A stretch of 64,000 bases of DNA from NCBI GenBank assembly GCA_965655095.1, contig OZ296658.1, positions 76,384,001 through 76,448,000 on the forward strand, written 5' to 3'. Each line of letters begins with the position of its first letter. Within the stretch, counting starts at the first letter, position 1. Both the position numbers and the translations under genes were made by a program. This DNA is from Haplodiscus bocki (taxonomy: Eukaryota). This document shows, piece by piece, positions 38,152 to 48,400 of this stretch. Under the pieces are notes generated by a model. That model was not told the DNA's origin and did no database searches. It saw only the letters and a list, made by a program, of their open reading frames with translations.

Positions 38152-40050
38152 ATGGACAAAAACGGAGAGTTGAGCAATCAATATAAACACCTGATTGCAT
38201 TGCTTCTGATTTCGTTTGCCTTCAGCGTGTTCGCGATCAGCGATGAAATTTTAACAGTGGGCTGTTATTTCGAGCAAATCGTAACTAGCTCAGTGTTTTC
38301 CTTAAGTGACCAACAACAATGCTCTCAAGACTCGACGGCCAGTACCAATATAACTGAAGCAACAATTTTCCCTCATGAAAACAATTTTGAAGTAGAGTTA
38401 AGTCTCTGTTACTTACCAGGTTTCATATGCGGTAGCAAAAATAAAAAAGTCTAACGGATTTGACGACGGACTTTATTTGCACCACTAATTGAAAATACTA
38501 CCGACTTCTTACGGGATACTTTTTGAAACATGCCAATCAGTATGCGTCGGAAGAAAGTTCATGTTACCGGGGTTTGAAAAAGAGGAATTTCAAATCAGTT
38601 GAACCGAAATTAGGAAAAAAGAGCAGGCCAAAACGGAAAAATGGAAACAGTTGAGACTTTTGATTACTCAGGTACGTTTTTGAAAGGACAAGTGAATGGC
38701 ATAGGCTATGCTCACCCTGTGGAATGGAGAACACCACCAGGTGACACTATCGCCGGATCTGTGTTAATCAATGGGAGACTCACGATAGTCAAGCTGTACG
38801 CCAAAAAAGAAATGCAACCTGAGGAATTTTTTCCCTGGCATTACTTTTTGGGAATTATGTTTCGAGGTCCAATTTACTAAACGATTTTGAGCATGATCTT
38901 GTGGTTTACTTGACGACGAACACCACGAATAGTTTTTGGTCGAAACTTGTAGCAATTACGGAAGACAACAAAGCAATAATTTTTCAAGGAGAAAAAAATA
39001 TTTTACTAACAGTTTTCTCTAGTTCGAAATGTAATAACTTTTTGCCGTTGAGATCGACAATAAACTTCTAAATATTTGCAATAGAACCCTCTTCACGACA
39101 CTCGCTCAGGAAGTATCTGTCAGTTTCCAGTTAATTGGTCTACCCAAAGCCAAATGTAACGCGCTGGACCAGACAATGATCATAGAGAGGTGGTTGGAAG
39201 TTGTCTATGCGCACAGGTTACAAGAAAAGGAAGATATGTGGGTTGAAATTTTTTTTTCAAAATTGCCAAATGGATCAACTAAGAACTCAAATTAAGCTCT
39301 CACTTACTTTTAACTTGGACAATGCAGTCTGGCGAGTAGGAGAGAAAGTATACTTCTTAATAAAATAAATTCTAAAGAAAAATATTTCCTAATAAAAAAT
39401 TAAAAACTTCTTAAAATGAAGACAAGTGGAGTAGTCTTTTTTTGATAGATGTGCAAAGGTCGACGCTACAAATGCTGAAAAAATTTTGCACAGGAGAAAT
39501 GCCCGTTCTATCGAGGCAAAGTAAAGAAACGGTGCTTAAGTGTTTAAACCCCATCACATCTTTTCATCAGTATTATACTTTGACTGAATGCAATCCTCTC
39601 TAACCTAAGTTGATGAAACATCGGAATGGCACATCGATTGCCTTCAGTGAGAAGAGCGAGATCGCTTGCGTTGAACCAGTGTTAATGTACAACGAAACGA
39701 GACGAAAAATGAGACACCACGAATTCCTCGATTTGGAAGCAAATGGACTGTTCACAATGGAGCACTTTTACAGGTGTAGTTGAGCGGGGGCATAGCAGAA
39801 ATACTATCGAAAGTAGAGAGTGGCAGTATTCACACGAGCGGTTTTTTTCATCTGAGTATACCACATCGACAGCTGGGTTTCAGCTGGGCTGTTTCCAAAT
39901 GTTTTGGAACTGTGAAAAAGGACACATTGTTGCTCTGGTGGACAACCAGGAAAATTGCATTAACCATCCTAACTTTAACATTGTTAGGTACTATGTTACG
40001 CTCTTCGGAAATCTGTCTTCATTATTCAGCTAAAACAACTGTGAAATAAA
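38152..40050 (+). pseudogene. Env-like glycoprotein remnant (signal peptide, Cys-rich ectodomain, C-terminal hydrophobic segment); resembles chuvirus/herpes-gB-type class III fusion proteins
   Basis: N-terminal hydrophobic signal LIALLLISFAFSVFA followed by Cys residues and an N-x-T site. At 39447-39620, RCAKVDAT...CTGEMPV...LNPITS...TLTECNPL*P. Hydrophobic IALTILTLTLLGTML near 39960-40000. Lies directly after integrase. Confidence 0.55.
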
Positions 40051-40381
40051 GCTCGTTTCACTCTACAGCCGTTGAACTTGATTTACCGGTATATTCAGTA
40101 TCTGGTAGTGGTCCGGGAAAGAAGCAAGAAGACAGTAAACAGGAAAACGGCGTGTTTGTGGAGACAAAACACCAACATAACGACTGCGTAGAAGGCTAAA
40201 AGCATAAGATAACAACTTAAACGTGTTTTGGAGTTGAGGTTTTTTTTTAAATATCGCAAGTAATCTAGCTTTTGTTTTGTTCAGAATTGGTTGAGGGACG
40301 CAAAAAAGAGGAGGTCTACTATTCACCAGATCTCTACCAAACAAAATTAGGAATGGCACCAGGACTGCACCGGGTACAAAG

Positions 40382-40967
40382 ATGTATTTCTGGGCATCGG
40401 CAACTTGCTCCCGAGGACGCTGTGAGTCCTGCAAAAATCAATTCAAGAGCTTATGTATCTCCAACTTATTGGGGTTTGACATGATGGAAAATGAGGCATT
40501 AGGAGAACAGCTTAGATCGGCTGACTTGCCCATCAATGTAAGGAAACATGAGCAAGGGCGGCTTCAAAGGATTTGAGTTCGCTGTAAGAGCCGAACGAGA
40601 TAGAATAGAACGATTGACGCAAAACCTGCACAAGCAGCACATATTGGTCAAATGCGAGAGAAGCAGGGCAAGAATAGCAGAGAAATTGGTTCACCAAAAG
40701 AAACAAACTAGCCTTTTACAACAACTTTTCAGGCTGAATGAGGTTTTGTTCGTCCATGAAAAAGATGACGTACAGAGAATTACAAGGCACAGCAGAAAGT
40801 TGTCCGCTATGGCCCGTCCGGATGTCGGATGTTGCGAAGACGTTTTCAAAACCATACACCGAGCCTTTGCAATTTTGAGCCATGAGAAAACCAGAAAAGT
40901 TTGTGATCAAGGAGGCTTTGAAAAAGCCGAGGACGAGTTTTTGAGAGAGAACAACAGGAGTGATTAA
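40382..40967 (+). pseudogene. J-domain (DnaJ/Hsp40-like) accessory ORF inside Gypsy element 2
   Basis: LNEVLFVHEKDDVQRITRHSRKLSAMARPDVGCCEDVFKTIHRAFAILSHEKTRKVCDQGG follows the J-domain pattern (Y.vLgv...I...yrkLa...HPD...F..I..Ay.iLs....R..YD..G). HPD appears as RPD (CGT vs CAT) and YD as CD (TGT vs TAT). A probable N-terminal part lies in ORF 40382 via a frameshift near 40570. Confidence 0.65.
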
Positions 40968-42899
40968 GTGGAGTGGGCACTTCCTCCACAAACAAATTTG
41001 TCGACGGCAATGACTTTCTCTGGTAGAACGCAGGACGTGTGAATACTTCCAAATTTAAGTAAAAGGTGCGTTTCAACTTTTTGTTAAAAATTCAAATCTA
41101 CTGAATTTTTCCCTTCAATGGGCTATGTTCAACAAATTAGAAACGAGAGATGTCAACCCATTGTCGACAACAAATTGCAAACATACCAAAAACAAACTGG
41201 TGCCATTTCTATGGTTTATGAGCTCTCTGTTATTTAAGGAAGCATCCCAATTTTGGCTAAATTGTTTACTACCTCCCAGAATGTTTCGTAGTGAAGTCAG
41301 AGAAGATTGAAAGTGTCTTCGGTGCTGGAAGTGAACAGAAGAAAGCCCGAATTGTTGCAATTATTGGGACGTTTCATCCCTAGTCGTAGAATGAGGGGAG
41401 AGAAATGAAATAGGCAGGTCTTGCTGCTATCGGAGAAGAGAAGACGAAGGCACTAGTGACCATTGAGAACTATACATTTGGAAGGACGCAGTCCATCACC
41501 GCCAACTGACGCTTGACCGACAGTTGAACATAATCACTAGCCTGAAGACAAATGTGCAGGGTGCCGAGTCTGATTTCATTGCAGCGGTGGAAGAGCTCGA
41601 TGAGCAGGAGGAACAATAGCGAAGCTTTTTCGAGCCGCTGAAAATTCAGCAAGTCACCGTTGGGACACCAAATTGTGAATTCAAAGCTCGCGACAATGCA
41701 CCAAAATGTTTCTCAGTTTGTACCAACAGCTGATGCTGTCGAATGACGCTCCAATAGATTCAAATACAAGTAGGTTACGGAACCTGAGCCTATCGTTTCA
41801 CTCAAACCTGGGAGAAAACTCAAGAACCGTTTGTCCGGCTACAGTGGTCTCGCTGAATTCTTGCCAACCCAGGCGCTCGCAATGTTCAAGAACTCGAGGG
41901 ATGGGAAGCCGCAGACCACGTTGTCAGCTTCAAAAACAACATAGATTAATGAACTTTGTTATCGCTTGGGCGTCAGTAGAGGACTATTTTTCTCGCCTTC
42001 CCTTGCTTTGTTCTTGTTTCTTTGTTTTGCTGCGATTAAGGTGACTTCTCTTTCTGAAGGGAACATTATGGGATTTTAAAAAAAAAAGTTATTTCGGAGA
42101 AGTTTCTAAAGCGTCAATAAAAACCATTGCTTTACGCTCGGTCAAAAAAAATTATGACATGTCATAACTCGGGGCTGTCGAGTTCGACAGCTTTCGCAAA
42201 GCAACTGTCAGGTTTCGACAGTGAGTATGTTTTGACAAAACAGGTGGTCGTCGAGTTTCAACGGATGAGCTGATTAAAAGCATAATCCTGCCAGATTAGG
42301 ACGTTTCGCCCAAAAGTATATACTGATCAGGGGTATATGAGGTGAAAGAGGAGTCGGCTAAATTCTTGGTTGCCTGAGTTCCTCAAATTTCTTTTTACAA
42401 CGCTAACTGTCTTCTTAAAGTAAAGAAACTTTCTTATATCCTAACTCTGAAACAAACTCTCAAGAAACTCTCCACAATCTTCCTGTTCTTCCGAAGTTCA
42501 GAGGAAGACTAAAGAATGAATTTTACTCCATGCAGTTGCGTTGGCGTACCAGAGCCTTCTCGGTAGGAAACTTTTCGCAACTTCTTTTTTGATTGCGACG
42601 CTGTTTCAAAAAGGTGATGCTTCTGTATTTGTTAGAATTTTGAGTGGAGATCAAAACGAGGTTTTTTCCTTTGTCTCGAATGGCCGTGGAGGCTTCGTTC
42701 CAGCTGGTGAGTAAACTCCAGCATTTTTCTGTCGGTGAGGACGCTCCACTGAGGTCTTCAATTCGTCGAATTTTGTTTGAGAATAACGAGTCGGCTTTGG
42801 TTTTTTTGTTGTTGTTCTTGTTTGTCTTTGCTTTTCGAAGTTGAAGTAGCAGGCAGCTCAATTAAACTGGTAGCGTTCAGTAGTGCCTTGCAAGCGTAG

Positions 42900-43698
42900 T
42901 GGATAGAGTTTCATTTGTGTATTACAAATGGATCTTCATGCTCATTGTTGTCGCTTCCATTTTGACACTACGTTGTCGCATTACGTTGACCAGCGATCTC
43001 ACGTAGAACATGCACATATCAAAAAAAGTAGCGAAAGCAAACGGTGTTCTCTACTTACTAAGAAGAAATGTCTCTCAATCTGTAGGCGCTCGAATCAAAC
43101 TCGGACTCTATAATTCCCTAGTCTTACCCATTCTTCTCTATGGTATCCAGTGCATTCACCTGTGAAAACGGTCAATGATCATTCTAGAAAAACTCCAGGA
43201 AAGAGCCGTTAAGTGGATATGCGGAACAGGAAAATATGGACAACAACTTCGCTTTCTGAACATTCTGCCGTTGCCTATGCACATCCAAATTTTGAACCTG
43301 CTTACCTTGTCAAACTTTCGTACCAACTTTTGTACCAGCAACCCCACAACTGGGACTCTTTTACAGAGTCAAACTGCGCCCTCAACAAGCAAAGAAGTCT
43401 TCAAGCTTCCCAAAACTAGAACTGAAAAGGCGAGGAACGAATTCGTGTTCAGAACTTCCCGTCTGGCAAACAGAGTCAATCAACACGCAAACTTCGAGGA
43501 ACCTGTTGGACTGAAAAGACGTCTGATCAAGCTATTTTGGACGGTCGTGGAAGCTACCTACGACGAACTCAACTCCTGCACCTGGCTGATTGCGTGCGAC
43601 TGCCAGAACTGCAGGGAAAAGTGGACAATTTTCTGAACTCAACTCGGGATCAAACTCCCCTCAGTTTACTGTAAAGCCTCAACAACAACAACAACAAC
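42900..43698 (+). mobile_element. 5'-truncated CR1/L2-clade LINE 3' end with (CAA)n tail
   Basis: LYNSLVLPILLYG, LEKLQERAVKWI, LRFLNILPL and the terminal CDCQNCR are typical post-RT ORF2 sequence; ends in caacaacaacaacaacaac at 43680-43698. Confidence 0.8.
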
Positions 43699-44789
43699 TA
43701 GAATCTGCAGCTTTTGCAGCGAACTCGTCTGTTGATTGTTTCGAAATTTTCCATAGATTCGTCAGTTTTGTTCTGGGCAGGTAAAGTTGCTTCGATTCCA
43801 GTTACACTTCTCACCGGTTCCCTGCAGGTCGGTGCCTCCAAAACAATCAAAGTATAAGATTTGTTGCCGCTGAAACATTAGAGTGTGAAAGGAACAGAAA
43901 CTTGTCCATGAAAACAAGTTGTGTTTTGTTGCCTCCAAAAGACGAGTCTCGCCGATACGATTGTGAAGGTTGTTTGCGCTAACCTCTCTCCCTTTCTAGA
44001 ACAAATTAAGGCTGTTTGAGTTCCTGACGATACGGAAAAAAAGCGTCAATACTTTTTTCATCAGAGGAATGGATTTGAGAAATTTGAGTGACGACGATGT
44101 GTTGTTTTTTGGGTCGACAGTCATCGGCTTTTTACGTCATGAAAACTCACACCTGTTGATTTCAATTGCTTGAACGCATTTGGAGCAAATTTGTTGACAA
44201 GAAACAGCAGTTAACTTGGATTTGCACGATTTCATTGTTTGAAACACTTCTTCAACCGGACAAGATTGTTTATTGTTCGAACGACGTTTCGTTAAAGTAT
44301 GCTTTCGTGCCAAATACTTTCATTTGATAACGAACCTGAATCCAGAAAGAATTTGCACCTTACTCGACCACGGATTCAAGCTGAGGTCATGCATTGCAAG
44401 GAAGATTTTCCTCAATATCCTTTTCAGCCAGTAAGGAGTTGCTTTATTTGCCTTCCGTAGAAAACGGGAACCCACAATGTAGACTATTGAAATGATTTGC
44501 AAATCGCTCTCTTGAATAAGTTTTATACAACAAGTGGGAAGTGAGAAAAGCAAGCTGTGGTATTTATTGTGACTGTTTCTACCAGTGACGGCTGGTGAGA
44601 CTTCAGATAATTTCCCGGTTGACATCAATTTTTTCTTGGGTGTTTCTCGTTAGGTGTTGTTCTTTGTCCCCAATTTTTTACTCGGAGCTTTTAATTACTT
44701 TTGTGGAAAAAGTCTCTCATCGAGTTTTGTTTCTTTTTGAGGTCGACGTGAAATGACTACTTTTTCCCTGGAATTTTGTTTTGAAGCAT

Positions 44790-45080
44790 GCAATTACAGT
44801 CTATGACAAGCACAGGCAGATAATCACAAACACGAAAAGAACCTTCCACGAAGTTTTTCAGCACTGTGAAATGAAATTTTCGTGAAAATTATGATACCCT
44901 CCGTATCTCTGAAGTTCGTTGATACTAGAAACTTTGAAAAACACCAAAGCCCCCATCCTACGAAATTTTCCGGAACTGTGAAACCGAAAGAACTGTGAAC
45001 CTATTTTTCGTGGTACTCAATTTTTCGCGCCCGACATATGGGCAGCGCTTTATTGACTTTTGTAGTGTGTTGCTATGATC
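44790..45080 (+). repeat. Interspersed repeat (cactgtga-unit family) immediately upstream of PPM1D exon 1; second copy at 60930-61480
   Basis: Shares the start aagcatgca...agtctat.acaagcac.ggca.ata and the end gaca.atgggcag.gct with 60930-61480. Confidence 0.6.
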
Positions 45081-45176
45081 TTGAAACAATGTTCAAGTTT
45101 CTGATGCATTGCGACTTCTGACACGTGACTTCTAATGCATAGTATGTATTGGCTTGCCATTTTTTTCAGTTCAGCA

Positions 45177-45471
45177 ATGGGGAGAACAGTAGCTCGTTTA
45201 CGTGTGTGCGCGGACGCTCAACAAGGTAGTAGGCGTTATATGGAAGATTTTGTGGATCTCAGATACGAAAAAGATAAAAACGGCAACACGGTCGCATTTT
45301 TTGCTGTGTTTGATGGACATGGTGGTAAAGAAGCTGCTCTTTTCGCGCGGAATCGAATGTGGAGTAATTTGAAACGGCGCACATCCTTTTACTCATATTG
45401 TCCTAAAAAAGTGTGCAAAACAATTAGCGATGTCTTCCTTGACACACATGAATCAATGTGGCCACATAGAG
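45177..45471 (+). CDS. PPM1D: PPM1D-like coding exon 1
   Basis: ATG at 45177 just after an acceptor-like ttttttcag (an upstream non-coding exon is possible). Encodes [24 protein letters not shown]...FDGHGG...MWPHR; donor G|GTAAGT at 45472. Confidence 0.9.
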
Positions 45472-48400
45472 GTAAGTCAAATGGATTGTTGACTGTTACA
45501 TCTACCTTCTTAATGTGGTATTAGTAACAACTGGAATATAAAACTAATTGTTGTGATAAACTTATTAAATAGATATAATGAATTTCGGGGCAGCCGTGGT
45601 GGCCCTTGATGATTAATGTTGATTGTTGGAGCAAGTTCCCTACACAGTGCTCTAAATACCTTAAATCCTGATTGGATAGAACTCGCCGAAAAACTGTCAG
45701 AACACGTTTACAGTAGCGGTGGAATCTGTCTTCATCCCGACGCCAAAAACCGCAAGTATCTGCAAAATATCCTCAAACAATTCGACCCTGAAGAGAAAGT
45801 AATCGTGTGAACCGACGTGCTCAATAATACGATTACAAAACACCCATACGAGAAGCGAAATCCTCTCACGTCTGCTGAACTTTTGTCCGATATAAGAGCC
45901 CTCCCACAAATTGCTTGTATAATTTACTGTGTACGCGAAGGTGCTGATGACATCCATATTAAATTAAAAACGCTCCCAATTCCTATTGTTCACGTCGTCA
46001 AAGACTTAATTTCAAATTCAAAACTAAAAGACAAATTCGAAACCAACGGATATAAAGAATTACGTCAAGATCATACCTTGGAATTGCATTCCCTGGAAAT
46101 TGTTGCGAATAACGGCTTTGACTTCAAAAGGCTTTTGTTGAAGAAACGGAGGCCGGAAAAGAAGCAACGAAAAGCGAAGCGAAGTAAACTTGAAAATCAA
46201 GAGCAAGACTGAAATCGAATGTGAGTTTTTCTAATTCTTGTTCGGAGACTGGATTTAAGTGTCCGGACTTTTGGGCATAAAAATCCCCTTGATACTCCCT
46301 TCTCTCTTCACCCCCCACCATGAACAAAAATTGCGCTACCTGCAAGAAGGCTATTAATGCTAATACCAAAAAGTACGTCTGTGTATCGTGTACTGTGCAC
46401 ATGCATCTCGAACCAAGCTGCACAGGGCTCTCTCAAGTGGCAGTCAATGGCATCATGGAGCTGGGACAGCTTGCAATGCTACTCTGCAACAACTGTGTGA
46501 GCAATAATGAAGGCGATAACTTTATAAGATGCCGATCATTTGAAAATGAACGAGAAAATAGAAGGAGAAAGGCACGAAATTAATGAACGTCCCCAGAAAA
46601 TGGAGACACGATTAACAGCATGCGTGGACGCAAAAGTAGACAAGGCCATCAAAGCAACATGCGAGAAAGTGGACAAAAGATATGCTGAAGTCATGGCCGT
46701 TCAGCCAAAAGAAACAAGCAACGCCCATACTCGGGCACCAACCAAAACGATGTCTGATGGATCTCAACATCCGAAAGAAGTGTAAGAATTCAAGGGGTAC
46801 CAGAAGACCCTGAGAAATCAAAAGCCGAAAATCTTGTCCCCACGACCGACGTGGTGAACGGAATCCTAGAAGGAATGGGCGTGACGTCCCACATAACCGA
46901 ACTATGACGACTTGGGAAATTTGACTCTGATAGAAAGAAGCCTAGAACGTTAATGCTAACATTGTCAACCGAGCATGAAGGAAGACTGGTCTTAGTGAAG
47001 TCATTTGAAAGAAATAATGATCTGAAAGACAAAGGTATTTTGTGCTGCCGGCGTTATCTGAAGAAGTTTCAAGAAAGGAAAACTTGTGCCTCAATAAACG
47101 ACGTCAATTTATCGAACAAAATGTGCCGCGTGAAAAATTGAAGATTCGCAATCTAGAGCTCTACAACGACGGAGTCAAGGTCGCCATTGAGGACCCGGTC
47201 AGCGAAAGCTGACTAGGTTTTCTGAACGTTCTCCAAATGAATGCCAGAAGTCTCGTCAACTTTGATCGGAGAATGAAGTTCGCAAACGCCATAAGACTTT
47301 CTGACTGTAACGTTGTTTGTATTTGCGAGACTTGGTTAAACGAAAACATAGAGTCAGCTGAAATGCTGCTGCGCAACTCTACTATATACCGCTCAGAATT
47401 GACACTACAAAAAGACATGAACACCCATGGTGGTGTTATGGTAGCAATAAAGAACAGCATCAACTGTGAACTGCTAAACACTGATCAACCTGACTGCTCT
47501 ATGACTTGCAACCTTGAAATCTATAATCAAATAATCTATATTTGTGTTTTCTATAACCCTCCAAATTGAAACGGATACAGATAGGTCAAAGAAGATTTCG
47601 AAAAACTGATTGCAGCCGTTCCGAAAACGAAAGCTGCTCTGACATGCGGAGACTTCAATTTTCCGAATACAAATTGGAGCAACTTCAGTAGTGAAGACGA
47701 GGAAACACAATCGGTCCTAGAACTGTCTGAAAACGCTCTTTGCCAACAAGGAGAAATGTAGCATTCAAAGTGAATACTTTCATTAAACTCGGATCATGCA
47801 AATCGCTTATAGTACCGATCCTGGTCTATGAACTCGATTGCTTAACACTAACCAAATATGACCTTCAAATTCTAGAAAAATTTGAAAGGAAAGTTGTTAA
47901 ATGGATAACGGGGCAGTATGAAGACTACACGAACCAACTGCGGCTCTCGAACATTCTTCCACTGCCAATGTACCTCCAGCTGAACAATCTTCTAACGCTC
48001 TCAAAATTGGTCAAGGAAAATAGCGAACATATTGACCTACCTGAAATTAACGAACAAAGAGGAAGAAAAACCGAACTCTTCAATCTACAGAAACGAAGAA
48101 TCGAAAAAATCAGAACTGAATTTGTTTATAGAAACTGCAGAATAGCCAACACAACTGACAATGAAGTGAACTTTTCGAACCCGAAAGGGATGAAAAATCG
48201 ACTGCTGGAACTGATGTGACAGTATGTTGACGGCAAATTCTCAACAAAACAGCTGCATTTGGCAACTCTGCTGTGACTGTCACAAATGCAGAATTATATG
48301 GACAATTTTTCAATGAAGATACGAGGGAGAGTGATCCATCGACGAAAAATTGTAAATCCACAACAACAAAGCGGTCCGAGTAACTTCAATAGTCACATCG

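Larger units (their letters stand above)
33040..42515 (+). mobile_element. Decayed Ty3/Gypsy retrotransposon (element 2) with env-like and J-domain cargo, bounded by diverged ~450-bp direct repeats
   Basis: Direct repeats 33040-33490 and 42067-42515 (e.g. gggctgtcgagttcga.agctttcgcaaagcaac). Internal order: gag knuckles, PR, RT, RH, IN. Confidence 0.8.
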
